A stretch of DNA of 64,000 bases. Source: Bacteroidota bacterium (GTDB taxonomy: Bacteria > Bacteroidota > Rhodothermia > Rhodothermales > Bin80). The stretch lies in the NCBI GenBank assembly GCA_028875125.1, contig JAPPGC010000104.1, positions 24,746 to 88,745 on the forward strand, written 5' to 3'. The position numbers and the translations under genes were made by a program. Positions 50,863 through 61,527 of this stretch are shown piece after piece; the first letter of the stretch is position 1; each line of letters starts with the position of its first letter. The notes under the pieces are model-generated. The model saw nothing but the letters and a program-made list of their open reading frames with translations. It was not told the origin of the DNA and ran no database searches.

Positions 50863-52665
50863 GTGATCGGTAAGCGCCGCAAAATCACTCGGTCGGCCTG
50901 GCAACAGGCACGGCGCCTGATGTGGAATTATCGTAAGGTTCTTGCCATAGGTATAGGCCTCATGGTGGTTAATCGTGTGAGTGGGTTTGTGTTACCGGGC
51001 AGTAGTAAGTGGTTGATAGACGAGGTGGTCGGCAACAATCGGATGGAACTCCTTCTGCCGCTGGCCATCCTGGCGGCTGTGGCCACTCTCGTCCAGGCCG
51101 GAACGTCCTATTTGTTATCGAACGTGATCAGTATAGCGGCCCAGCGCGCTATCATGGACATGCGCCGCCGGGTCCATGAACATGTGATACACTTGCCGGC
51201 GCGTTTTTTCGAGCGACATAAGAGTGGGGAGCTTATATCGCGTGTAATGAGCGACGCCGAAGGGATCCGCAACCTGGTTGGTACAGGTGTCGTAATGCTG
51301 GCGGGGGGCGTAGTCACGGCGGTTCTGGCACTCGTCATCATGTTTGTACTCTACTGGCAGCTGACGCTAATTACCTGTGTAATTCTAGGAGTTTTCGGGG
51401 GCTTGATGGCCTATGCTTTCCGGGCACTACGCCCGATATTCAGAAAACGTCAGAAAATTCAGGCGGAGGTAACGGGCGCCTTAGGGGAAACTCTGGGAGG
51501 TATCAGGCTGGTTAAGGCCTATGGCTCTGAAGAACGGGAGCAAGCAAAGTTCAGCGGCGGAATTGAACGGCTGTTTGATTTGATTGCCAAATCTATTCGA
51601 GGACGCTCTGCAACGGTTGCGTTTGGCACGGTCTTCGTTGGCGTAGTTGGTGTTCTCATGATTGTGATGGGGGGCAGGGCAATCACCGAAGGCGCATTGA
51701 CACTCGGAGACTTTGTGATGTACATCTTTGTGGTTGGTGTCATGGTCGCTCCGATTGTGCAAATGGCTATGGTAGGCACCCAAGTTTCAGAGGCCTTTGC
51801 AGGACTTGATCGAATCCGGGAGCTGATGGCAGAGACGCGTGAAGATGAGGATGAAGATCAGCGCAAGACGCTGAGAACTGTTGGGGGAGAGATTGTTCTG
51901 GAAAACGTACACTTTCGATACGATGAAACAGTGCCTGTAATACGAAACGTCTCGCTCAGAGCTGCCGAGGGGACGACGACTGCGCTTGTGGGTTCAAGCG
52001 GTTCAGGCAAGAGCACGCTCGTGAGCTTGGTCATGGGTTTCAATAAACCCGACGCGGGACGGGTTTTGGTGGACGGCCAGGATCTGGCAACCTTAAAGTT
52101 GAGGGATTACCGCAAGCATCTGGGGGTGGTGATGCAGGAAAATTTCCTGTTTGATGGCACGATTGCGGATAACATCAGTTTTGCCCGACCAGAGGCCTCA
52201 CGCAACGAGATTGAGGACGCAGGAAGGATTGCTAATGCGGATAAGTTTATCCGAAGGTTTCCTGATGCCTACAATACGATAGTTGGTGAGCGCGGGGTTA
52301 AACTCAGTGGAGGACAGCGGCAAAGAATCTCCATCGCACGTGCGATTTTGGCAAATCCTAGAATCCTGATTCTTGACGAGGCTACTTCCAATCTTGATAC
52401 GCAAAGCGAGGCGTTAATCCAGGAAGGATTCCAAAATCTGCGTTATGGGAGAACGACATTCGTGATTGCACATCGACTCTCAACGATCCGCAGTGCGGAT
52501 CAAATATTAGTCCTGGAGGACGGCGAGATTATCGAATGTGGCAATCATCGCACACTCTACGATCTGGCGGGCCGCTACCGTGAGCTGTATGACCAGCAGC
52601 ATAGCTACGAAAAAGATCTTTACGTGAATCCTGGCGAAGACTACTTGCCAAGTCTCAGCCAGTGA
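50863..52665 (+). CDS. ABC exporter, fused permease/ATPase (MsbA/type I exporter family)
   Basis: Six-TM N-domain, Walker A GSSGSGKST, signature [14 protein letters not shown], Walker B ILILDEATSNLD, H-loop IAHRLST. GTG start. Confidence 0.9.
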   Translation: MIGKRRKITRSAWQQARRLMWNYRKVLAIGIGLMVVNRVSGFVLPGSSKWLIDEVVGNNRMELLLPLAILAAVATLVQAGTSYLLSNVISIAAQRAIMDMRRRVHEHVIHLPARFFERHKSGELISRVMSDAEGIRNLVGTGVVMLAGGVVTAVLALVIMFVLYWQLTLITCVILGVFGGLMAYAFRALRPIFRKRQKIQAEVTGALGETLGGIRLVKAYGSEEREQAKFSGGIERLFDLIAKSIRGRSATVAFGTVFVGVVGVLMIVMGGRAITEGALTLGDFVMYIFVVGVMVAPIVQMAMVGTQVSEAFAGLDRIRELMAETREDEDEDQRKTLRTVGGEIVLENVHFRYDETVPVIRNVSLRAAEGTTTALVGSSGSGKSTLVSLVMGFNKPDAGRVLVDGQDLATLKLRDYRKHLGVVMQENFLFDGTIADNISFARPEASRNEIEDAGRIANADKFIRRFPDAYNTIVGERGVKLSGGQRQRISIARAILANPRILILDEATSNLDTQSEALIQEGFQNLRYGRTTFVIAHRLSTIRSADQILVLEDGEIIECGNHRTLYDLAGRYRELYDQQHSYEKDLYVNPGEDYLPSLSQ

Positions 52666-52674
52666 ACCCGAGAA

Positions 52675-53544
52675 TCACAGGCGATAGCGAACGGTAGCCA
52701 TCACGGTAGTCAGATTGGCCTCACCGAAGGTTGTCGTATTGGCTAGATTTGGGATCTTGTGCTCAGCGTAGGTGCCCTCACCGGAGATGCGCTGCAAAAG
52801 AGTATAGCTGATACGTATGCCTGCCAGGATCCTGTTTGTGAGCGCGTACTCAAACCCAGCGTGCCCGACGCCCAGGAGAATCGTGTCTGATAGATCTTCG
52901 TCATGCAGCGAGTCATAGCTTGAAATGTCTCCCTTACATGGTGGGCCGGTGCATGAAAAACGCTCCTCGAAGTACAAACCCGTCACTACCGCGCGTGCAG
53001 CTCCCCCTCCCAAGCCGATATAGGGACGGAGCACACGTATCTCAGGGAGAAGGCTCAGAAATATGTTTAGGCGAAATGAGGAAACCTGAAGCCGCCCTAT
53101 CGTTGTTGTGACCGTGCTTTGAACCCCACTGCTCGGGTCATATGCAGGATAGTCTGATCCATTCAGGAACGTGAGACGAGAGAAGACCTGTTCCAGATTT
53201 TGTGAAGAGTGTTTAACGTTTGCGTCTATGCGCAGGCTACCTTGCTCCTTTCCGGCACCGACGCGAAAAGCAAACCCCGGGTCCGTTGGTATTTGGTAGA
53301 ACCAGCGATATCCGTTACCGGGTTGACATTCTGTCCGACCAGGGTAACAGGATGTATCGAAATTAAATCCCGACTGGGACAGCTCGCTGCTAAAGGTCGG
53401 GCCTGCCCCGAATTCGAAATACCAACTATCTGTTTGGGCGTGTGTGATTGAAAGTGTAGATGTGGCAATAATTACGAAAACTGCGACCCGTCTTACAGTT
53501 TTAGCAGCAAGTTTTGAGACAAACCATTTATCTTGGGAATTCAT
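52675..53544 (-). CDS. Putative outer-membrane beta-barrel protein
   Basis: Signal peptide from ATG 53544 (…VFVIIATSTLSITHAQ), and alternating hydrophobic beta-strand pattern with G/Y/F-rich strands. No specific family recognised. Confidence 0.45.
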   Translation of the reverse strand: MNSQDKWFVSKLAAKTVRRVAVFVIIATSTLSITHAQTDSWYFEFGAGPTFSSELSQSGFNFDTSCYPGRTECQPGNGYRWFYQIPTDPGFAFRVGAGKEQGSLRIDANVKHSSQNLEQVFSRLTFLNGSDYPAYDPSSGVQSTVTTTIGRLQVSSFRLNIFLSLLPEIRVLRPYIGLGGGAARAVVTGLYFEERFSCTGPPCKGDISSYDSLHDEDLSDTILLGVGHAGFEYALTNRILAGIRISYTLLQRISGEGTYAEHKIPNLANTTTFGEANLTTVMATVRYRL

Positions 53545-53570
53545 GGCGATTGAGTAAATAATTTGGCGAA

Positions 53571-54968
53571 ATGCGTTTTTCAGGTGTACTAGCAATTATA
53601 GTTATTGTGGCGTTCTGCGGCTGTGAATCGAACTCACGAGTGAGTGAGAATGGTTCTTTTGTTGGACAGCCAAACTTTGTGATAATCTTCGCTGATGATC
53701 TGGGTTACGGGGACTTGGGCGTGTACGGTCATCCGACGATTCGGACTCCGCACTTGGATCGGATGGCCGCCGAGGGACTTCGTTTTACACAGTTCTATAC
53801 CGGTGCATCGGTATGCACGCCTAGCCGGGCTGCCCTCCTGACTGGGCGGCTGCCTGTTCGAAGCGGCATGGCCGATGATCGAATCAGAGTTATCTTCCCT
53901 CCAAGCAAGGGAGGATTGCCGGCGGCAGAGATCACCATAGCAGAAGCGCTGAAGTCGATCGGTTACGCGACAGCAGCGATTGGTAAGTGGCATCTGGGAC
54001 ATTTGCCGGAGTATTTGCCGACGGCACATGGCTTTGATGAGTATTTTGGAATCCCGTACTCGAATGATATGACTCCTTCGGCGAGTAAGGGGGCCCGCGT
54101 ACAGACCTATCCGCCTCTACCACTGATGCGTGGTGAGGAAATCATTGAAGAAGAGCCCGACCAGCGCCTCTTGACACGTAGATATACCGAAGAATCGATC
54201 ACTTTTATTCGCAGCAATGTGGATAACCCTTTTTTCTTGTATGTACCTCATTCGATGCCCCACATTCCCATTTTTGCATCAGAAGATTTTGAGGGGACGA
54301 GTACACGTGGCCTTTACGGGGATGTAATTGAAGAGTTGGACTGGAGCGTCGGACAAATACTGGAGGTCCTGCGCGACACGGGTTTGGATCGCAAGACATT
54401 CGTGATTTTCACTAGCGACAATAGTCCATGGCTCACCGTTGGGCTGGCAGGTGGTACGGCCGGGCTTCTACGCAATGGTAAGGGAACGACTTGGGAAGGG
54501 GGAATGCGCGTGCCGACTATAGCTTGGTGGCCAGAGACAATTCCGGCTGGTAACGTTACACAGGCACTGGGGAAGACCATGAATCTGCTACCGACCATGT
54601 TGGGACTGGCCGGAGCAGCTCTGCCGGGGGACCGGGTTTTGGATGGTGTCGACCTGACCCCGGTTCTTAAGGATCCCGCGGCCCGCGTTCGGGAATCCGT
54701 TTACTACTATCGGGGCGCACAATTGTGGGCCGCGCGGAAGGGCCCCTGGAAAATGCACTATATCACTCGAAGCGCTTATGTGGGAGATCAGCCGGTCATG
54801 CATATTCCACCCGCGCTCTATCACCTCGACCGGGATCCAGGAGAGCGATTTAATGTAGCCGCAGACGAGCCGGAGGTCCTACGTGAGATTCAAGCAATGG
54901 TAGACGCACATAAGGAGGAGCTTGTAAAAGCACCGTCGCAACTAGATATTCCAGAATGGAACGACTAA
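53571..54968 (+). CDS. Arylsulfatase (formylglycine-dependent, type I sulfatase)
   Basis: PNFVIIFADDLGYGDLG, the CTPSRAALLTGR formylglycine motif, GKWHLG and TSDNSPW. Confidence 0.9.
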   Translation: MRFSGVLAIIVIVAFCGCESNSRVSENGSFVGQPNFVIIFADDLGYGDLGVYGHPTIRTPHLDRMAAEGLRFTQFYTGASVCTPSRAALLTGRLPVRSGMADDRIRVIFPPSKGGLPAAEITIAEALKSIGYATAAIGKWHLGHLPEYLPTAHGFDEYFGIPYSNDMTPSASKGARVQTYPPLPLMRGEEIIEEEPDQRLLTRRYTEESITFIRSNVDNPFFLYVPHSMPHIPIFASEDFEGTSTRGLYGDVIEELDWSVGQILEVLRDTGLDRKTFVIFTSDNSPWLTVGLAGGTAGLLRNGKGTTWEGGMRVPTIAWWPETIPAGNVTQALGKTMNLLPTMLGLAGAALPGDRVLDGVDLTPVLKDPAARVRESVYYYRGAQLWAARKGPWKMHYITRSAYVGDQPVMHIPPALYHLDRDPGERFNVAADEPEVLREIQAMVDAHKEELVKAPSQLDIPEWND

Positions 54969-55819
54969 CAGGTTGCTTTCTGATTTTACTGTTTTTTGGT
55001 ATAGCTGCGTGTAGTCAGGGGCCACCGCCAACCCCACCACCCGGCATGGTGTATATCCCGGGTGGGAGAACGCAGATCGGTTCCGAGGATGGTATTCCGC
55101 ATGAGCGGCCGGTCTTCAAGGCACGAGTCAAATCTTTTTTTATGGATTCATCCCCCATCACTGTTGGAGAATTTCGGGAGTTCATTCAGGCAACCGGGTA
55201 TGTGACCCAGGCCGAGTCATTTGGGAATGCAGCCTTATTCAACGTTGGAACCAGGCAGTGGGAGCTCAGAGACGGGGCGTACTGGGAGTGGCCAATGGGG
55301 CCCGAAGGTCCTCCTGCACCGGAGAATCATCCGGTAACGCAGGTATCGTGGAATGATGCGGTTGCATATGCGGCATGTTCTGATAAACGGCTCCCGACTG
55401 AGATAGAATGGGAGCATGCCGCCCGTCTGGGGAGCGATGGTCAGTATGCTTGGGGGGATTCGCTTGTAAAAGATGGCCGGCACAAGGCGAATGTATGGAA
55501 TGGGCGATTTCCCGCATTCAATACCAACGCGGATGGATACGCGACTACCTCACCTGTTGGAGTATTCGGGACCACGTCAACCGGTCTCGTTGATATGGGG
55601 GGCAATGTTTGGGAGTGGACGGCAGACTGGTATCGATCGTACGCAGACCGCGATAAGGCATTCCAGCCGAACCCGAGCAGCGAAAAAGCACAGCGTGGAG
55701 GGAGTTTTCTGTGCGAACCTGGCTGGTGTCACGGCTATCGAGTGTCTGGGCGAAGCCACTCAACGCCGGAGACGGCACTCTATCACGTAGGTTTCCGCCT
55801 CGTGAAGGATGTGCCGTAA
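54956..55819 (+). CDS. Formylglycine-generating enzyme (SUMF1/FGE family)
   Basis: HPVTQVSWNDAVAYA, LPTEIEWEHAAR, GNVWEWTADWY and RGGSF.C.........R. It overlaps the sulfatase stop by 13 nt. Confidence 0.85.
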   Translation: MERLTGCFLILLFFGIAACSQGPPPTPPPGMVYIPGGRTQIGSEDGIPHERPVFKARVKSFFMDSSPITVGEFREFIQATGYVTQAESFGNAALFNVGTRQWELRDGAYWEWPMGPEGPPAPENHPVTQVSWNDAVAYAACSDKRLPTEIEWEHAARLGSDGQYAWGDSLVKDGRHKANVWNGRFPAFNTNADGYATTSPVGVFGTTSTGLVDMGGNVWEWTADWYRSYADRDKAFQPNPSSEKAQRGGSFLCEPGWCHGYRVSGRSHSTPETALYHVGFRLVKDVP

Positions 55820-56394
55820 TGTAGGTATTGATCAACTGCTGCCACAGCGATATTCAAGCGTTCGGTGTGGGTCCCTTTGATACTGACCGTGTTCAGCGCA
55901 TGCTTTTCCGTTTCAGCGCGCAGGAGTGCATGTGAACGTAAACGCTCTTCTGGACTCGCTCGTTGGCCGGGATCAGGTTCCCATGGAATGTCAGGTTCTG
56001 TGAACAGGTATAGTCCTGACCTATGGTCCAAGGCGGACTCCTCGATGTCTGATGGGCATGTTCCAAAGTAGATGCGCTGGTAGACACACGTGGTAAAGAG
56101 ATCTGTATCCACGAATAGAACCCTTCGGGCCCTGAGCCCCATCCGGGCGACAAGTTTCAGGTGTCCCTGAGCGATGGCATAGACGTCAGACTCTTCGGGA
56201 AGAGCCCCTTTGTTGTCGACAAATAGACGCAGGTATTCGGAAGCCCAAGCCGTCTTGTAGTGTTTCGCCAGGGCCGCCGCCAGTGTTGATTTTCCGGTCG
56301 ACTCCGCCCCCATCAATACCACGGTAGTTAGGCGGCTGATGTCAGCGGTCGGCTGTTTAATCCTCTGTTGGTCGTTCTCCGGGCCATGCATCAA
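55783..56394 (-). CDS. AAA-type ATPase, NadR C-terminal (ribosylnicotinamide kinase)-like
   Basis: The P-loop VVLMGAESTGKSTLAAALA followed by ...SEYLR... resembles the NadR kinase module. Assignment is at family level only. Confidence 0.55.
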   Translation of the reverse strand: MMHGPENDQQRIKQPTADISRLTTVVLMGAESTGKSTLAAALAKHYKTAWASEYLRLFVDNKGALPEESDVYAIAQGHLKLVARMGLRARRVLFVDTDLFTTCVYQRIYFGTCPSDIEESALDHRSGLYLFTEPDIPWEPDPGQRASPEERLRSHALLRAETEKHALNTVSIKGTHTERLNIAVAAVDQYLHYGTSFTRRKPT

Positions 56395-56683
56395 TCAAAT
56401 GCAAACGTTCTTAACAGAATGAACCCAAGTATAACCATCGGGAATTAAGTATTGAATTGTGCAAGCCACTCGCTTATTATTGATGTTTCATGTCCTTGTC
56501 CCTGTTGTAGATTTGTCACCGGCCTGATGAGTGTTGGTAGTTTTGAAACATCGAGTCGCCTTGGTACAGATAATACTTATGGGGTAAGGTATGGGTCGGA
56601 ATAAAAGGGCGACTAATCGCGTCTTAATAATAATGTATGGACGTGTACATAGCTTTCAATCAGTTTTGCAAGAGTGAGAGATC

Positions 56684-57478
56684 ATGGATTCAGACGATAG
56701 ACCGGTTGGTCGGATACTTAGTCGACGGGAGATTATGCAGATCTTTGGAGCTGCATTCCTGGTAAGTTCGGGGAGTGACGTTGTCAGGAAACCAACTTCC
56801 GCGATGGGGAAGACAGCATTGCCCCCGTGTATTGTTCGTCCCGAGCAGACAGAGGGTCCCTTCTTTGCGGATCTGGAGCTTGACCGGTCTGATATTCGGA
56901 CTGAACCTTCTACAGGGGCATTTCTGCCGGGCCTGCCATTGGAGTTGACCTTCCAGGTATCTCGGGTTGGCAATGAAGAGTGCGCTCCATTGCCAGGAGC
57001 AAGAGTAGATGTTTGGCAGTGTGATGCGGAGGGACGCTACTCGGCATTTCAGGATCGGAGAGCAGGCGGGGACCTGCGTGGAGAGAAATTCCTGCGTGGT
57101 TATCAGTTGACTGATGCGTCTGGAATGGCCAGGTTCACGACTATTTATCCAGGATGGTATCGGGGGCGGGCAGTGCATATTCATTTCAAGATACGCACCG
57201 AGGTCAATCAAGGTAGCGTATATGAGTTTACTTCTCAGCTCTATTTTGACGATGAACTGTCTGATCAGGTGTTTGCGAAAGCGCCATACGCAGCACGTGG
57301 AGTGCAAACTACACGGAATTCCAATGATGGAATTTTTCGGCGCACCGGCGAAAACCTGATGCTTGACCTTTCCCCCAATGGTGAAGGATATCAGGCGACT
57401 TTTGGTATTGGCCTTGACCTTTCAGATACCGAAACAGGCAGTAGAGATTCAAATCGTCGGTCTCGCAGGTCCAATTGA
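56684..57478 (+). CDS. Intradiol ring-cleavage dioxygenase-family protein with Tat-like signal
   Basis: SRREIMQIFGAAFLV is the signal. Then TEGPFF...L.L.F.V.....C.PL.GA.VDVWQCDA.GRYS, and ...FTTIYPGWYRGRAVHIHFKI, typical of the PF00775-type dioxygenase core. Confidence 0.7.
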   Translation: MDSDDRPVGRILSRREIMQIFGAAFLVSSGSDVVRKPTSAMGKTALPPCIVRPEQTEGPFFADLELDRSDIRTEPSTGAFLPGLPLELTFQVSRVGNEECAPLPGARVDVWQCDAEGRYSAFQDRRAGGDLRGEKFLRGYQLTDASGMARFTTIYPGWYRGRAVHIHFKIRTEVNQGSVYEFTSQLYFDDELSDQVFAKAPYAARGVQTTRNSNDGIFRRTGENLMLDLSPNGEGYQATFGIGLDLSDTETGSRDSNRRSRRSN

Positions 57479-58009
57479 AGGCGTTGAGCCAGGCTCAAAC
57501 TTGTTGACAAGGAATGGTACACCGTGAATCGAATATGGACGGTGTTGTGGGTTCCCGGCCGGTGTGACTGAACGGTCGTAGTTGATTGGCGAAATAGCTC
57601 AGTGCGATAGACACAGGGTACTTATCCTAGTCTTTCCATGCGCGGGTTTTAGCGCCCCCCGATATGCGGCCATACATTTATGACCCATGCTTAGGCACAG
57701 ATAAATAACAAATGCCGCCGTCTGGATAAGCATATCATTTGGTGAGTCTGAAGATGGATGGGAAACGACATCGCAGCAGGCAATTTTGCTCAAAGCTCAA
57801 TTTATTCGACTTAGTACCTTGGAGTACATTGTTTACGCATCGTGTCCGCTAGTCTGACACAAATATCATTGATCAATGTACTCAGTCAATATGAGTTTCT
57901 GGAACGGTTACGGTTCCACACAGCGTGAATATTTTCTGATCAGTTGGAATAATTGGATTAGGCAATTGTACTAGGCAAGTATCCTAACAATGTTTGGCAG
58001 CAGGCTACT

Positions 58010-60112
58010 ATGGCACAGTACGTATTTGCTGAGGGAATAAAATATCTGAAGGGTGTAGGACCGGCGCGCGCGGACGCGCTGGCCCAGGTTGGCATCAAAA
58101 CCTGTCGTGACCTCCTGCATTTCTATCCTCGACGTCATCTTGATCATACCAATGTGTCTCGGGTGATAGATCTAAAAACAGAGGGGGAGACCGTAACGAT
58201 TATAGGGACCGTTGTTGCTACAAAGGTAATTTCAGGTCGTCATCGTGAACGATTTGAAGTAGATGTCCATGACGATTGGGGCGGGCGTTTAAAACTGGTC
58301 TGGTTCAAAGGCTTCAGATGGATCCGTCGATTTTTTGTAGAGGGCTATCGTATTGCATTCACAGGAGATGTGTCGTCAAAGTATGGTGGAAGATGGACAA
58401 TGGTGCACCCGGATTTCGACAGGCTGGATGAAAGTGGTCCGCGGCTCTCAACCGCGCGGATTATATCACTTTATCCTGGTAGCGCTCGGTTACAGGCGGT
58501 AGGATTGAGCAGCAGGACGTTTCGGAATATAATTTATCAACTCATCAAAAAACGCGGGCTGGAGTTTCCGCAGGTCCTTCCCGAGTGGGTCCAGGAGGAA
58601 TACGACTTATTGGATGGTCGCATAGCTCTGCGTGCTATCCACTTCCCGAAATCCCATGACGAACTTCGCAAAGCTAAGCGGCGGCTAAAATTTGAGGAGC
58701 TATTCTTTCTCCAGCTAATGCTCCGGCAGATCAAGAAGATGCGTGTCAAGCGAAAGGGCATTCGTCTGGAGGTTCAGGGTTCGCGGTATTCGCAGTTTAT
58801 CGATCAGGTACTGCCATTTGAATTAACCGAAGATCAGAAAAAAGCCCTGCACGAGATTAAACGGGATATGCAAAGTGGGCACCCCATGTACCGCATGCTG
58901 CAGGGCGATGTTGGTTGCGGTAAGACGGTTGTTGCTGTTGCAGCTTTGAGTCTGGTAGTAGATAGCGAATTCCAGGGTGCTTTCATGGCACCAACCGAAG
59001 TTCTTGCAGAACAGCAGTTTGCAAGCCTTCAAGGGTATCTAGAGCCCATAGGTATTCGTGTGTGTTTACTTGTGGGGGGGCAGCGCAAGCGTCTGCGCGA
59101 GCAAATTCTGCAAGAGATTGCCAGTGGCTCTGTAGATATCGTTGTTGGCACGCATGCTGTATTTCAGGAACAAGTGAAGTTTAAGAATCTGGCACTCGCA
59201 GTGATTGATGAGCAGCATCGCTTCGGTGTTGAGCAGCGGGCCACACTCTTTGCGAAAGGCAATAACCCGCACATGCTCTTGATGACTGCGACACCGATCC
59301 CACGTTCTCTTGCGTTGACCGTGTATGGAGATTTGGGAATTACCACTATACGGGAGCTACCCAAGGGACGCAAGCGCGTAATCACAAAGCTTTTTCGAGA
59401 CAAGTATCGCTCCGAAATGGAGAAACTGGTTCTGCAGCAATTAAGCGAAGGGCGTCAGGCGTATATTGTTTACCCGCAAGTGGAAGAGAGTGAGAGCAGT
59501 GACCTCAAGAATGCGGAAGCAGGGTATCGCGCGTGGCAGCAGTTGTGTTCTGGGCATTCCGTTGGACTTGTGCATGGCAAAATGAAGTCTTCAGACAAGG
59601 AAGCTGTGATGGCACAGTTTAAGTCGGGCGAGACCCAAGTTCTTGTCGCAACTACAGTCATCGAGGTTGGTGTTGATTCCCCAAACGCAACAGTGATGGT
59701 AATTGAACACGCCGAACGGTTCGGTTTAAGTCAGTTGCATCAGTTGCGCGGACGTGTGGGACGGGGAAAACATCAAAGCTATTGTGTTCTGATGGCTGAT
59801 TGGCGGCAGTCTATTGAATCGAGGGAGCGGTTAAATGTGATTTTACGTACCACAGATGGATTTGAGATCAGTGAGGCCGACCTGAAGCTGCGTGGGGCAG
59901 GTGATTTTTTTGGAACACGCCAGAGCGGTATGCCTGAGCTCAGGATTGCGGATATCTCGGAGGATATGCCGATTCTGGAACAGGCGCAGGAGGCGGTCAG
60001 GCGGATTTGGGAACAGGATCACGATCTGATTCGACCGGAGTACCAGGTCATGCGTACATATTTTGAGACTTTCGTGCTAGCCCGGATGGAGGGGTATGCA
60101 CGTACAGGTTAA
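58010..60112 (+). CDS. recG: ATP-dependent DNA helicase RecG
   Basis: Wedge domain N-terminus, helicase motifs (LQGDVGCGKT, DEQHRFGV, MTATPIPR, VYP...ES, HG.M, TTVIEVGVD.PNA, QLHQLRGRVGRG) and the TRG motif region. Confidence 0.95.
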   Translation: MAQYVFAEGIKYLKGVGPARADALAQVGIKTCRDLLHFYPRRHLDHTNVSRVIDLKTEGETVTIIGTVVATKVISGRHRERFEVDVHDDWGGRLKLVWFKGFRWIRRFFVEGYRIAFTGDVSSKYGGRWTMVHPDFDRLDESGPRLSTARIISLYPGSARLQAVGLSSRTFRNIIYQLIKKRGLEFPQVLPEWVQEEYDLLDGRIALRAIHFPKSHDELRKAKRRLKFEELFFLQLMLRQIKKMRVKRKGIRLEVQGSRYSQFIDQVLPFELTEDQKKALHEIKRDMQSGHPMYRMLQGDVGCGKTVVAVAALSLVVDSEFQGAFMAPTEVLAEQQFASLQGYLEPIGIRVCLLVGGQRKRLREQILQEIASGSVDIVVGTHAVFQEQVKFKNLALAVIDEQHRFGVEQRATLFAKGNNPHMLLMTATPIPRSLALTVYGDLGITTIRELPKGRKRVITKLFRDKYRSEMEKLVLQQLSEGRQAYIVYPQVEESESSDLKNAEAGYRAWQQLCSGHSVGLVHGKMKSSDKEAVMAQFKSGETQVLVATTVIEVGVDSPNATVMVIEHAERFGLSQLHQLRGRVGRGKHQSYCVLMADWRQSIESRERLNVILRTTDGFEISEADLKLRGAGDFFGTRQSGMPELRIADISEDMPILEQAQEAVRRIWEQDHDLIRPEYQVMRTYFETFVLARMEGYARTG

Positions 60113-60117
60113 CTGAC

Positions 60118-61020
60118 ATGGAGAAATACTGGGAAATATTTCTGAATGCCTACGATGGGTACGCCCACTATCTGTGGGGGGAAATCACGACGCCTCACTG
60201 GCAGAACTATTTCTATTGGCTTATTGGGGTAAGTGCATTTTTCTTTGTGCTGGAGTTGTTCGCACCCTGGCGGAAAGAGCAAAGGAAATTCAGGCATGAT
60301 TTCTGGCTTGATCTCTTTTACATGTTCTTTAACTACTTCCTGTTCTCGCTATTCATTTTTAATGCGGCGAGTATGGTGTTAGTGAATCTTTTCAACGATG
60401 CGCTGGCCAGCATTGGGATCACCAACCTGGTTGCCATCCAGGTGGGTAACCTCCCGGTGTGGGCTCAACTGCTTGTTCTGTTTGTGATTCGGGACTTCAT
60501 TCATTGGAATGTTCATCGGTTACTGCATCGGGTCCCGGCCCTGTGGGAGTTTCACAAGGTGCATCATTCTGTTGAGGAGATGGGTTTTGCCGCGCATCTC
60601 CGGTTTCACTGGATGGAAAATGTGGTCTACAATGGATTGCAGTACATCCCGTTGGCTATGATTGGTTTTGGAATTGAAGAGTACTTCATTGTTTACCTGA
60701 TCACTCTAGTTATTGGCCATGCTAACCACAGCAATATTTGGGTACCGCTGGGGCCGCTGCGTTACGTGATCAACAATCCTCAGATGCATATCTGGCATCA
60801 TGCCAAGCGTTGGCCGGAAGGACACCCTTACGGAATTAATTACGGGATCAGTCTCAGTCTGTGGGACTACCTGTTCAAGACCGCGGTCATTCCACACGAC
60901 GGGCGTGATATTGAACTGGGATTCGAGGATATCGAAGAGTTCCCAAAAACTTTCGTGGGACAAAGTCTGCACGGCCTTGGACTGGATAAAAAAGAGGATG
61001 GTCCACATGAGCGCCCATAA
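60118..61020 (+). CDS. Fatty-acid hydroxylase / sterol desaturase family membrane protein
   Basis: Histidine boxes HWNVHRLLH, HKVHHS and HIWHH with four or more TM helices. Confidence 0.75.
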   Translation: MEKYWEIFLNAYDGYAHYLWGEITTPHWQNYFYWLIGVSAFFFVLELFAPWRKEQRKFRHDFWLDLFYMFFNYFLFSLFIFNAASMVLVNLFNDALASIGITNLVAIQVGNLPVWAQLLVLFVIRDFIHWNVHRLLHRVPALWEFHKVHHSVEEMGFAAHLRFHWMENVVYNGLQYIPLAMIGFGIEEYFIVYLITLVIGHANHSNIWVPLGPLRYVINNPQMHIWHHAKRWPEGHPYGINYGISLSLWDYLFKTAVIPHDGRDIELGFEDIEEFPKTFVGQSLHGLGLDKKEDGPHERP

Positions 61021-61527
61021 CCTTGGTATGCATCGGATGTTGGACTCCGCAGGTTTTGAATACTTGTATTGAGCTTGCTGGGAGGCTTGGTCAAGATTAG
61101 TATTGTAAGCTCCTCTGGCGTTGCAAGCATAGATTTTTGCAAGTTCAGGGTCTCATTCACTACTGGCTGGCCACATTGCTTTGTCATCGCTTGGCGCACT
61201 TCGTCAATTCGCTTGGATCAACCCGTAGCCTTGGTATAGGATTCTGTTGGGGATACACGGAAACTTCGACTGTTAAAACAGCTGCAGTAGATTCATTGAT
61301 TGCCTGTATACGGATCGTTTTTACGTGAAACTTAGGGAGGCAATCGATGGCACCTATGTACTTCACTGCTTAACGGGTAGTCATTGTGTATTTGACTGCA
61401 ACCCTGCGGAGACCGTGACATGGGTGAACCAGTAGTGGTTGCGGACTGGGATGTGACAGTTTTCTTTTACCAGTTGTGAAGTATTGATCGTGGTTGAAGC
61501 ATTCATCTGGCTTGGATCCATTCGAAC

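Noticed and set aside
57581-57680. tRNA-like D-arm string (tagctcagt at 57595-57603) in the 530-bp gap before recG
   Set aside because: No complementary acceptor stem, no GTTCRANNC T-loop and no proper D-stem closing could be folded. It is probably a chance match or a very decayed relic.
61021-61527. Possible cobalamin riboswitch upstream of icmF
   Set aside because: I looked for the B12 box and the GCCACUG/AGGGAA core elements. Only a vague ggagaccgtg resemblance is present. Without a covariance-model scan this is not supportable.
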